Shown: piece after piece, positions 25,797 through 37,870 of the stretch
How the letters are laid out: each line of letters begins with the position of its first letter
How positions within the stretch are numbered: the first letter of the stretch is position 1
Source: Okamejei kenojei
Lineage: Eukaryota
Length of the DNA stretch: 64,000 nucleotides
Assembly (NCBI GenBank): GCA_035221665.1
Contig: CM069144.1
Location: 29,078,001-29,142,000, forward strand
Reading direction: 5' to 3'
The notes under the pieces: model-generated
The model's input: the letters and a program-made list of their open reading frames with translations, nothing else
What the model was told of the DNA's origin: nothing
The model's database searches: none
Position numbers and translations under genes: made by a program

Positions 25797-27214
25797 TTTG
25801 CAAAGAAAGAACATTTTGATACAAAGTATACCGAATGTTTCACATCGTCTAATTTACGCATTTATGTTATAATCTGAGAAAATGTGGCAGCTATTTTTCT
25901 GTCATTAATGTGGTAATTGAAGAAATGCCCATCAGGACACTTGGAAAACCCCCATCTTCCATTCAGCAATGAGATCTCTGACGTCTGTGTGAAAAGAAAA
26001 TGGTGTCTGGCCCTGATATCTGAGGAGGTAATTATGCAAAACTCCTTTGATTAAAGATTTTGGGTGTCAAATGTCTTTGGCTCAGTATTAGTACTCTTAC
26101 CTTGATTGGCTGTTCAAGGTTCAAACTCTGCTCTAAGGTTTTAAGAATATTTCTGGTGTAAAATTTCAGTTTGGAACCATTGGCGGTTTTGGCTTTGAGA
26201 TAGGATCCCTGATGTCATCCCATGGAACTTTTTGAAGAACAAAGGAATTGTCCAACCAGCAAAATAATTTATGACTATTTGATGAGGAAGACAGGCGCCA
26301 CCAAGACCAAAATCTCTGGTGATTTATATCAATACTGTCAGTAATATTTTGAAATGCAAAGTGGCTACTTTATCTTTCTACATTACAAAGTGTTCTCTGC
26401 AGAATATACAGATAAGAAATAGGAGTAGGTTATCTGGCTCTTTGGGTCTGTTCTGCCATTTCAAGAATTAACTGTGCGTATTTGTCATATGCACCAGATA
26501 TGTGCCAGAACAATGGCGGTTTACTTGCTTCAGCTTTACAAGAACACACGATGCAACACAGCAAAAGTATACAATACAATAAACATTTGACAGTTTTTCT
26601 CCTCTGACAGAGAAAGTGGGAATGAATTCTCAATGTCTTATTTCAACATCAGTCTTTATTAATAACCTGTTTAAACTTAAAACACCATGACAATCAATAA
26701 CAATTTATTGAGGGATTTAAAAAAAAATTAAGAGTGTGATTTATCAAGAAAGGGCTTTTCAGTCACATTGCTGTTTTAAATTCAATTTCAAAAATATCTT
26801 CTGAAACATTTTTCAGGATCAATGATATGGAAAACATCTTGAAAACACAAATACTAGCAATATTCAAAGCAACACTAATGAATCCTACTGCAGTCCAGGA
26901 ACCTTGCAGATCTACTTGCTGTTTATCTGTAAACATTACATTCGTACTTCCAGTGGGCATGTTTCTCAGAATTGCCATCAATTAATTCACTCCAGGGAAT
27001 CACACTAATGATCCAACATCATTCCTGATATGCCCAAATTACAGCAGCCTCCTCCCATGCACTCAAAGCAACCTGGTAATATTCTGCCAAACTCTTTGTT
27101 TGCTGTTTAGATTCTCAGTGAAAATCTGTACAGAATATGATGTTTGTGTGTGGAATTTCACAAAATGTTAAGTGCTTTAAGGTTCAGCAGCTGTTGCTTA
27201 TTTGATTATTCTAA

Positions 27215-27777
27215 AGGGCCTGTCCCACAGGTGATTTTTTTAGGCGACTGTCATTGTCGTAGTAGGTCGCCGAAAAACCGGCGACTGTACCCGCTCTAGG
27301 ACAAGCTACAACAACCTACCACTTAGTCGATGTTAAGCTAAGGCAAGCTACCGACAACCGGCGACGCATTAGGACGTCCACCTACGACCACAGGTGACAA
27401 CCTACGACAACCGGTCAACCTATGTCCACCCGCGACAAGCTACGACCCTGTCGGCGACAACTGAAGACAATTCAGTCGCCGGTTGACGTAGGTTGACCTG
27501 GGTAGTCGCCAATGGAATTCACCGAAGTCAGCACCGGCGACAACCTACGTCATCCTGGCGAGAACCTACGACAGCACCGATGTCAGAAGTCAAGCTGCGC
27601 TCATTGGCGTCAAGCCCACTGTCGTCGACAATTTTTGAACATTTCAATATCCAGCGGCGACCAGAAAAACGCGACAACTCTTTGGGCGACAGACTACTCA
27701 CGACCATACAGCCGTCACCCCAGCGACCATGTGGTGACAGCCTAGTCGCCTGTAGTCACCTAAGTGAGACAGGCCCA
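27215..27777. mobile_element. PIF/Harbinger-type non-autonomous element
   Basis: TIRs agggcctgtcccac / gtgagacaggccca with TAA/TTA flanks; internal degenerate ctacgacaac repeats; CpG-rich. Confidence 0.75.
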
Positions 27778-27930
27778 TTAGTCATTTGATATTCTATGTG
27801 CTCCTATCAAGACATGCAGATGGCCCTCATATTTACCTCAGAATTTGTGGAAAGTCTATCAATTTGATTCTTTCCATCTCCTTTACCAAGCCATTGTCAC
27901 TTTCATCCAAATACTTTCACCACTGCATAC

Positions 27931-28551
27931 CTACACATCATCTAGAGTGTACATTGATATCTGACAGCTCTGGTCAGCAATGAATATTCTTTTGGAACCC
28001 TTTATATCCACACCAGAAATCCAATTCACTTTGTCTCCATGATCAATACTGAGCTTTGGCAAAACATGATCATTTTTATTTTTGTTGTTGTCTTTTGCAC
28101 TATGGGCAATTCCTTTACGCCCGCGTGCTTTTTTAGTAGTGCATCCAACTTTTGATTTTTGCCTAGATGACGTTGATGGTCGTTTGTCATTAGTCAGGAT
28201 TTGTTCACTCAGGTCCCACAGCAGAATTTTTGCATCATTCCCTCCAGAAATCAACCAGTAAGGATGCGAAAGAGAGTTCAGAAAATGAACCTGAGAAACA
28301 CCCATATTGTGACCGCAGAATCGACGTTCGAACTCAAACCTTGTTCCTCTTACTCTGAATAAACGTATCTTGCCATCTTCAGCACCACAGGCAAATACAT
28401 TACCGCAACTGGCAACTGTAGTGAAGTGAGCCAATGGTGGATTAAAAAGCTGACACCCAGCCATTTGCTGATTATCTTCTTCCTCTTGTGCAAGATCTTG
28501 AAGGTTCACAGTCCATACTGCGTGAATTTTCTGCAAGTTCCACAGCATCAC
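27931..28551 (-). CDS. WDR53: WD repeat-containing protein 53, coding exon 2 (to stop)
   Basis: Phase-0 acceptor ...ccctgggaag|GTG; encodes VMLWNLQK...GCQLFNPPLAH...CGNVFACGAEDGKIRLF...HGDKVNWI...IADQSCQISMYTLDDV*. The spliced CDS is 364 aa. Confidence 0.9.
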   Translation of the reverse strand: MMLWNLQKIHAVWTVNLQDLAQEEEDNQQMAGCQLFNPPLAHFTTVASCGNVFACGAEDGKIRLFRVRGTRFEFERRFCGHNMGVSQVHFLNSLSHPYWLISGGNDAKILLWDLSEQILTNDKRPSTSSRQKSKVGCTTKKARGRKGIAHSAKDNNKNKNDHVLPKLSIDHGDKVNWISGVDIKGSKRIFIADQSCQISMYTLDDV

Positions 28552-29209
28552 CTTCCCAGGGAAATTGGAAAGCAAAATAAATTCAAAAGAAAATGGTTGA
28601 AATTTATGGTTGAAAATGGTTCAATTAATCATTTTTGACATATCAAGTAGAAATTAAATACAAGAGAAAAGTTTCAACACAATTTTCTGGTTAACACTTG
28701 CCCCTTAATTCTGTATACTGACTATTGATCTTTATCGATCCTCTCTAATTGGTTGATGTACAAATGTATTAGGGGATTTTCATGTCTGCACTGTCCACTC
28801 AGTTGTTATCAAGTTGCACAGTCAATAGATTACAAGGCAAATGCCTTGTCTGTTGCAATCTGGATTTTTCCAGTCTGGGAAAGAGATACAGTGTTGTAAT
28901 TGCCTAAAACCCATAAGGAATTGCAGGAAAAGACAGACATGCTTTACAGACCGTCTTATCAAGAAATCCCTGATAAATAAAGGCTCATATGTTGTAAGAT
29001 CCAAATCTGCCTAGATTGGATGTCCCATTTTCAGCATTTTGTTCACACATCACAATTTATAGCATTTTCATGGAAGCATGTAGTTCAAAGCAGAAACAAA
29101 ATTTAAAAGGATTCTGATTTCCAAGGCTCAGGAGTCCACTACTGGTTTAGTAACAATGAATGCAAAAATATTGGAGCTAACCAAAGTTTAAGATTGTGAT
29201 ATATCCGGC

Positions 29210-29685
29210 CAGTCTGATTAAGGTACACTGTTTACACCATCAACACCACTTCATGTACAAGGCTCGTATCAGGCGTGTGGAATGCTCTCCCCTTGCCTGG
29301 ATGAGGGCAGCTTCAGCAGCACTCATGTTCAACACCGAACAGGACAGCAGCTTGCTTGATAGGCACCTCATCGACAATAGTAATTCACTCCATCACTTAG
29401 CAGCAGCAGTTTGTACTATTTAACGATACACTGCAACATCTCACCAAGACTTCTTAGGCAGCACCCATTAAAGCCTATAAGTAGCACAGAATGCATGGGA
29501 AGCAAAAACATGGGAACACACTACCTGGACGTTGCCCTTCAAGCCACATACCATCCTGACTTGGAAATATAATCGCCATTCCTTTGCCATCACTGGGTCT
29601 AAATCCTATAATTTTCTCACTTGTGAGAATATCCGCACCTCAAAGCCTGCAGTAGTTCAAGAAAGCCCCCATCCCATTAATAAAT
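29210..29685 (+). mobile_element. Old LINE 3' remnant (RTE-X-like)
   Basis: YKARIRRVECSPLAWMRAAS...SLHH..AAAVCTI peptide and a ttcaagaaag...aataaa tail. Confidence 0.5.
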
Positions 29686-31089
29686 TAAAAAAACTACTGC
29701 ACTAGAGCTCAGATTTGTATATATTTTGAAATTATACTTTCTATAATAGCCATTCTATTTACAATGACATTCAGATGCAAAATTGATACATTTTGTATTT
29801 TTGATTTACCAAAACTCTCATCCTTTTACTTTTAACTCAAAGAACATTTTAATAATGAACCAAATGACCTCTTCCACCCCCCCTCCGAATTTATTTACTA
29901 ATACTGGGAAACACAGCATAATAATACAATGAACATTCAAAGTGATAAATGACGTTCAAATGCAAATCTGTAGCTAAATATTCACTTGATGTGGTTGGGC
30001 ACTTTTTGCAAGGAGTACAGCAATGCACATTGTGCATGCCATTATGGTAATATTACTTTGATCAAATGTTTAATAAATTCAGCCTGAGCAAATGGATTAC
30101 AGATTTTTCGACCATTTTTGAAAAGAACACCCTACATAACAATATGTTATGAAGCACTAATTGAAGTATTTTCCTCAAATGTTATTAAATTGTTGAATAA
30201 CGAGGTGCTCTTTTACATGCAGCACGTGTGAAATGTATTACTATCTTACACGTACTGTTGACCCAAGCTCCTAGTTTAAACTTTGGCATGGTGAAACTAA
30301 GCTTATCTATTGTGTACCCAAAAGTGCAGGAAAAGTTCAAGCCACAGTTCATTTAATTTTTTTAGAAATTGATTAGCATCAAAAAAACCTTCTGGTGCTG
30401 AAATAATTGTCATTGCAATACACAATGACGATTGCACTTGGCATGTATATTGTGGTTTTGTTCAAATTATGGCGTCTAAATACAGAGAAATCAACTCCGA
30501 GATTTCCAGCAGTAATGCTGTCTGATAAACAACAGAATAAAAGGCGGAAATAATTTCATACCCGTTTGGTAAGATAGGAAAAATCCTCTTATTTAAGGAT
30601 AAATGTATCATAGCATCAAATGGCTTAAAACTTCATACAGAGCTTTTCAATATTCAGATATACAGTAACAAAAACAGTAGCTATTTAAAGGTGACTTGCA
30701 CTGTTGCATATCCTTGATCACTGAAAAGAAGACGAGGTGGAAGGTGAAATTTTGACTAGCACACACGAGTTTAGAATCTGAAACAAAGGCATTCAGTCAG
30801 TATGATATTTTAGTCTATAAAGATCTAACCCAGCACTGAGAGAATTGGCACTAAGGCTGATGTCTAATGCAACATATCTGTTTGGAAAAATGTATATTTA
30901 CTGGATTGGTCAGAAAATGTTTCAGTATTTAAAAAAAAGCATAATGAAATGTGATGGTCCCTGCGAGTGCTGCAATTACTGAATTGCCCGTTATGATGAT
31001 GATGAATCACCTTGAATCACTATCATCCTTTGTCCAAGTATCATATAGTGATGTTTGATAGGGAACTCCAGTAATTAAACACCATGGTG

Positions 31090-31220
31090 ATGAGGGGGTA
31101 TGGAGAGAAGGCAGGTACAGGATTCTGAGTTGGATGATCAGCCATGATCATATTGAATGGCGATGTAAGCTCGAAGGGCCGAATGGCCTACTCCTGCACC
31201 TATTTTCTATGTTTCTATGA
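31090..31220 (+). mobile_element. CR1/HER1-like 3' tail
   Basis: ggatgatcagccatgatcatattgaatggc...cctattttctatgtttctatg. Confidence 0.75.
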
Positions 31221-31794
31221 TGGAACAACGTATATTACCTAGCAAGTCAGAATGATTCAACTTCCTGGGGAACTTGAAAATTGAGGTGTTTCCCAGTATT
31301 TTTCAGTGACAGAGATCACAGAATTGAGAGATTCTGAAGAAACTCTGGAGACTTGTTACAATGCATTTTTGGTATTGATGTATACTACAACTGTGTGCCA
31401 TTAGCAGATGGAAAACAAGTGTTTCTGGTGGTGAATTACATGCCAAGAGGCTACTTTGTCTTGGTGTTGCATTAAGGTTATTAGAACTGCATCCAGGTAT
31501 TGTTTACCCATTTCAAACAGATGTAAAAGCCATTGAATTCAGAGAAAGAAGTATGTTGTTGGAAAAGGTCAGCCCAAACATTGGCTCACAGCCTAAGGTG
31601 GTTTTCAGGCTGAACCAGTCACCTGGCATCTGATTGATTGAATTGAACCTCCAGCTTGTTTTGGAATTCTCTCTTGGCATCCCTGAAACGATTACTGAGA
31701 TCAAAGTTGGCTTTCTTGTAGTGCAGGGGTCATCCTTCTTGAAAGTCTTGGATCTCAACATTAGTAAAGATTGTGTCTCTTTATTCATCCAAGC

Positions 31795-32422
31795 TTGGCA
31801 TGTTGGCCTTTATAACAAGAGGAATCGAATATAGGAGCAAAGAGGTCCTTCTGCAGTTGTACAGAGCCCTAGTGAGAACACACCTGGAGTATTGTGTGCA
31901 GTTCTGGTCCCCTAACTTGAGGAAGGACATTCTTGCTATTGAGGGAGTGCAGCGTAGGTTTACTTCCCGGGATGGTGGGACTGTCATATACTGAGAGAAT
32001 GGAGCAGCTGGGCTTGTACACTCTGGAGTTTAGAAGGATGAGAGGATATCTCATTGAAACATATAAGATTGTTAAGGGCTTGGACACGCTAGAGGCCGGA
32101 AACATGTTCTCAATGTTGGGGGAGTCCAGGACCACGGACCACAGTTTAAGAATAAGGAGTAAGCCATTTAGAATGGAGACGAGGAAACACTTTTTCTCAC
32201 AGAGAGTGGTGAGTCTGTGGAATTCTCTGCCTCAGAGGGCGGTGGAGGCAGGTTCTCTTGATGCTTTCAAGAGAGAGCTAGATATGGCTCTTAAAAATAG
32301 CGGAGTCAGGGGATATGGGGAGAAGGCAGGAACGGGATACTGATTGGGGATGATCAGCCATGATCACATTGAATGGCGGTGCTGGCTTGAAGGGTCAAAT
32401 GGTACACCTGCACCTATTGTCG
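31795..32422 (+). mobile_element. CR1 LINE 3' fragment in the WDR53 intron, inserted in an older minus-strand LINE relic
   Basis: LLQLYRALVRTHLEYCVQFWSP, EFRRMRGYLIETYKI, FSQRVVSLWNSLP plus tail. Confidence 0.88.
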
Positions 32423-33077
32423 ATTGATTAGGATAGACCCCAATTTTCTTTGTTGGAATGAAGTTGTCAATATATTTCATGAAAAAAAAATGATGACCGA
32501 GGTATACTAATTCAAGCTGGATGAGGTAGTCCTCAATATGTTCCAATCCACTGACACACGGTAATCTTGAAGCCGACACTTAGCCTCCTCAGTCTACTGT
32601 GGTATAATTTTTTGTTGGTGGTTTTTGAGAATCTGGATCAAACCACAGCAACAAGCAGCCTGATCTATTACAGGGGTGTTCAGCCCCCTAAGCTGACTAA
32701 CAAACAAAGGGGCTATTACCCATCTCATAGAAGTTTCAATCCTCTAAACTCTACACAATAAATTATGCTGCAAATGTGACAATTAGTTCAGCTGAAAAAC
32801 ATCTCCTCCTTAAATAAACCAACTTTTTCCCTTAACACATTGTTACTCTGTACACTTAAACCATCTGCATTTGGCATATCCAAACTAAAAGTAAATTTGT
32901 CTGATTATCAGCTGGAATCATGCATAATTGTCCCTGGACATGGAACTCATTCTTTTCTAACTTTGTTGGGCCACAAAAACCCAAAGTGAATGGTTTCTTC
33001 TCATTATGGTACCATGACTATGAGAACTATTTCAAATGCCCCACGCCCCCAATTCCTTTTGATAATCAGTTATATTA

Positions 33078-33602
<525 letters not shown>

Positions 33603-34299
33603 TCAAAGTTTCCTCTCACAAAATACAAGTTAGGATAATGAATGACAGCAGGAAATGACCAATTTGCCATGGTTAATTCACAATCATACACTCAATGCAT
33701 TTTGCTCACTAGGGCTAGTACACTATATTTTCTATGATCACCCCTCTCCTCTCTGCATCACCTCTTCCCTTCCCATCCTTCCATCAACCCCTCCCTATCC
33801 CTCTACCCACCACCCCATCTCTCCTGACCCACATCCCTCCTGATCCACCCTCCCTCCTAATTTACTCCTCCCTGCTTTGCTCCCACCTACCACGTCATTG
33901 CTTCTCCCAACGCCCCCTCTCTCCTCTCCGACCACCTCCCCGTTTCTTTTCCCTCCCTATTGGTCACAGTGTTACAACGTGGAAACATGGCCCACTTGCC
34001 CACATGTCCCATCTACACTGGGCCCACCTGCCTGCATTTGGCCCATATCCCGCTAAACCTTTCCTATCCATGCATCGGTCTAAATGTTTCTTAAACATTT
34101 AAAAAAAAGGCCCTGTCTCAACTACCAATTCTGGCAGCTTATGCGTGAAAATGCTACTCCTCGCGTTCCTGTTAAATTGTAACAATATACCATTACCAAT
34201 CCGAACTAACCTCCCTCACTCCCGACCACAACCAACCCTTCCTCCGTCCTTCATCTCTCCCCTCATCCACTCCATGCCTCCACTCCCATCACAACTCCG

Positions 34300-34850
34300 C
34301 ACCCTCCGCCTCCTCTAACTTCTGCGGCCCCTCTCGCCAAAGGTCCTACAGCTAGCTATAGGATCTTTGCCTCTCTGTGCTCCAGTGCTAGTATCTATGG
34401 CCCATGGCCGCACCCGGTAGTTTGACCAGTCGGCCTGCCTCAGCTGTCGAACCAACCTCGGCTGCGCCGTCACCTCCTCTCCCCCCCCCCCCCCCCCCCA
34501 CCACCGGAGCACGTCACACAGCGAGTCACGTGGCCACAACCTCCGCGCAACGGTCGTGCGCGTCCCCGAGACCGTCGTCGCCGCACCCGCCCATGACCTG
34601 TGCGCGTCCCCGAGCGACGTCGCCGCACCCGCCCACGAATTGTGCGCGTCCCCGAGACCGACGTCGCCGCACCCGGCCACGACCAAAGATATGTGCGCGA
34701 CCCGGAGACCGACCCAGAAACCAGTCTGATGAATCTTTACCTCGCCCTTAAGTATAACCATATTTTAGGTAAGAATACCAGATTCGCAAGCCTTCCAGAC
34801 ATCACTATGACCGCAGTAAATCCTGTTTACCCCTGTACTTAAATCCTTCC
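34300..34850 (-). promoter_or_regulatory. CpG island and probable WDR53 promoter with a non-coding first exon
   Basis: CpG-dense stretch about 0.8-1.2 kb upstream of the WDR53 ATG exon. A minus-strand donor GAG|gtaaag at 34741/34740 could splice to the acceptor at 33574. Confidence 0.6.
34545..34712. repeat. GC-rich minisatellite, ~40-bp unit, about 4 copies
   Basis: Repeated tgcgcgtccccgagaccgacgtcgccgcacccgccca. Confidence 0.85.
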
Positions 34851-35202
34851 AAATATAAGCCAGTATACTCCTCCATCTTAGCATTCATAAGAGATGTGCA
34901 CCTTGGTCCCTCTAATAATGATCAACATTTTAAACTTGTCACAATTTAAAATAATACTGTTTTTTTTCATATTATGTACTATCTTGTCACTTTCTGGCCC
35001 ATTCTCTTAGCTTAACAATATCCACATGAGGCATCTTTACATCCTCCTCTGCACTTACAATTTCACCAAGTGTTTTACCATCAGCAAACTTAGCAAGGTG
35101 ACATTTAATTTATTGAATAATTGGAACATTAGCATTGATCCATGCAGTGTTTCATTGGTCACAGCCTGACAATGATATCTCATCTTTACCCTACTTGAAG
35201 GT

Positions 35203-35304
35203 AGACAAAAAGATCCTTCTCGACCCGAAATGTCGCCTATTCGCTCCATTGATGCTGCCTCACCCGCTGAGTTTCTCCAGCATTTTTGTCTACTTTTGAT
35301 TTTT
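35203..35304 (+). mobile_element. Short Penelope-type element with 14-bp TSD
   Basis: ccctacttgaaggt duplicated at 35189-35202 and 35305-35318; interior ctcgacccgaaatgtcgcc...gagtttctccagc. Confidence 0.75.
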
Positions 35305-35439
35305 CCCTACTTGAAGGTTGCTTTTGGGTTGCAAGGCCAGTCAAATATCCTGGTGGGCAAGATTTGATCTACAAATAGTTGAAAAATATTCTGAGTTATG
35401 TTGACTTCATATCACATAGATTACACAGATAACAGTCTA

Positions 35440-36062
35440 TGTGAGATATGCAATGTGCTCACAATCACAACTCAAAGACTAAATCTTGGAAGCAAGAGAT
35501 TCTTTATTATATTTACGAGTCTGCAGAATCGGGTGCCTCTCCAAGTTGAGACACACCAAAGTCAGGAAAGTCATCCCCCTTTATACACACAATTCTACAT
35601 TCAACCTCCTCTCCTTGGACCCGCTCCAATCAGACACTGAGGTGGACAACCTGTAGGTACTTCCCCCAGTAGCTCCCACATCATACATAGCATGTTCATG
35701 GTAATGAGCAGTTTCTTGACCAGGGGTGTGTTGTAATATTCATTTATTTTATTAAGCATGCTCAGTTGTTCATGACCTATCCTAGTTTTATTCACCTCCA
35801 AGTGAACTCTCTCAGTCCTCCTATATCAGCACTAAAGCTGAGCTATAGTGACAAGGGTCCCATCTATCACCCCCTTCTACTGATAGGGAGCTATCTACAT
35901 CACTCCCTTCTACCGCTATACAATGCTATTACTTCTTTCTCAAGGATGGGTCTGGTAACGTTTATACACAGCTGTGTCAGAACCCTCTCCCTGGCCCCTA
36001 TCGGTTTGAATCCTCTTTAAAGCACCTTACAATAGTGGGGTTTAATCACTTTATCCCTCACA
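35440..36062 (-). mobile_element. Solo LTR, 623 bp
   Basis: TGTGAG...CTCACA termini; GTCTA duplicated at 35435-35439 and 36063-36067; TATA-like (~35584) and AATAAA (~35508) motifs on the minus strand. Confidence 0.75.
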
Positions 36063-36074
36063 GTCTAGATTCTA

Positions 36075-36480
36075 TCAATCGGTGGTGGCCAATGCCATCT
36101 TCTTTGCTGTCGTGTGCTGGGGTAGGGCGAAGGCCGTGGATACCAACTGAATTAACAAGCTCATCAGGAAGGCTGACTCTCTCCTGGGGTTGGAGTTGGA
36201 TTCACTGGGGATGGTCTTGGAGGGGAGGATGCTCCTCAAACTGCTCACCCCCTCCATGACACACTGGTCAACCCGAGGAGCACCTTCAGCAACAGACTGG
36301 TTCCATCAAGATGCAGCACAGAACGCCACTGGAGATCCGTTTACCATGTGGCTATCAAACTGTACAACTTCTCCCCTTCTATCATGGGATAGACTGACTC
36401 CCCTTCCCAATCTTCCACATCCCCAATCCTGGACTTTCCACTCGTTACTTTCATTTCATGTTTCATGTATCTTTCCATAT
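36075..36480 (+). mobile_element. Rex1-like LINE 3' fragment
   Basis: VVANAIFFAVVCWG...LTSSSGR; the tail matches 12530-12800. Confidence 0.7.
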
Positions 36481-36904
36481 CACTTTCTGCAATAGTTTAT
36501 TCCTCTGGTTGCTTACCGAATTAAAACAAAACTCCCTCATCTTTTTTCAGATGGCTTGGGACGTTCATTTTCTGCTCCCTGCTCTAATCCAGCGGCACTT
36601 AACACTTACGCAAGACATGGATGGAAATTGCATTTAAAACATGGGGGGGGGGATGACGACACAATTTCTTGGTGGCCTGATGACAAGTGTACATGACAAC
36701 TAACAATGTTATTCCTCCCCCCCACATTCTGCCCCCTACACACACACACACACACGCACACACATATCTTACAGACATTTTACACGCATCTTACTAAAAC
36801 AATCCAGGGGCCTGGGGAAGACTTGAGAGACAGTGAAAGATGGCCAAAAGTGGTGTAAATTAAAATAGAAATATATTTGCAATGAGGCCTAACATCAAGG
36901 AGTT

Positions 36905-37640
36905 GCTGGCCTCTAACTGGAATTGACCTTGAGGGCTCTGGTCGCAGAGCCTGTTGTCTTACCATCACGGAGCTGGCTGACTTCGGAGACTGTGGTGGCG
37001 TCGTGGCTGCGACTCGACTTTGGAGGCTTCGGCCGCGGGCCCTGTGGACTGCAACATCGGGAGCTCGCAGGTCCCTGGTCGGTGACCGGCTTTCGGGAGC
37101 TCTAGCAACAGCAGCATCTGCACTGAATCGTGGGGCTTGAATCGGCCCATTCGCGGGGTCTTTAATCGCTCGGCGGGGGCTTTAACATCGAGAGCCTCAA
37201 TCATCTCGATGTAGCAGTTTGACTGCCTGACCGCGGGCGAAGAAGCAGGGAAGAAATAAGACTTTTGTTTAAGAAGGAACTGCAGATGCTGGAAAATCAA
37301 AGGTAGACAACAGTGCTGGAGAAACTCAGCGGGTGCAGCAGCATCTATGGAGCGATGGAAATAAAGAAGGGTTTCAGCCCGAAACGTTGCCTATTTCCTT
37401 TGCTCCATAGATGCTGCTGCACCTGCTGAGTTTCTCCAGCACTTTTGTCTACCCAAGAGATAAGACTTTTTGCCTTCCATCACATTGAGGAGGTGTCTGG
37501 AGGAGATTCTCTGTGATGGATATTTGTGTTAAATTGTGTTAATTGTGTGTTTTTTTGTTATTTTTACTGACATGACTGCATGGTACGAACTTTTTTGGAT
37601 GACAATAAAGGAAATTCAATTCAATTCACTCAATTCAATC
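36905..37640 (+). mobile_element. Non-LTR element 3' region with (TTCAA)n tail, interrupted by a fold-back element
   Basis: CpG-rich body ending aataaaggaaattcaattcaattc. Confidence 0.5.
37267..37454. mobile_element. Penelope-type fold-back element with 16-bp TSD
   Basis: Flanks aagaaataagactttt (37251-37266) / aagagataagactttt (37455-37470); inverted arms; partial core aagaagggtttcagcccgaaacgtt. Confidence 0.8.
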
Positions 37641-37870
37641 TAATGGTAATTGTACCCACATCAGACAGTTTTAAGAAATTCACCCGTAAATTTTATTCAA
37701 AGGAACGCGTCAGTAATACTTGAAGGTCAAAACACAATTATATTTATATTTACTGAGTGATAATACGATGTTAACCATGGCAGTTAACAAGCCTTAACCG
37801 TGGCAGTTAACAAATAGGTTTTGTCTCAGAGGATTCAAGTGATAACCGACTCCGATCGTTCCGCAGTACT

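Noticed and set aside
34315-34842. 115-148-aa ORFs in the CpG island
   Set aside because: They are low-complexity products of the GC-rich minisatellite with no recognisable domain.
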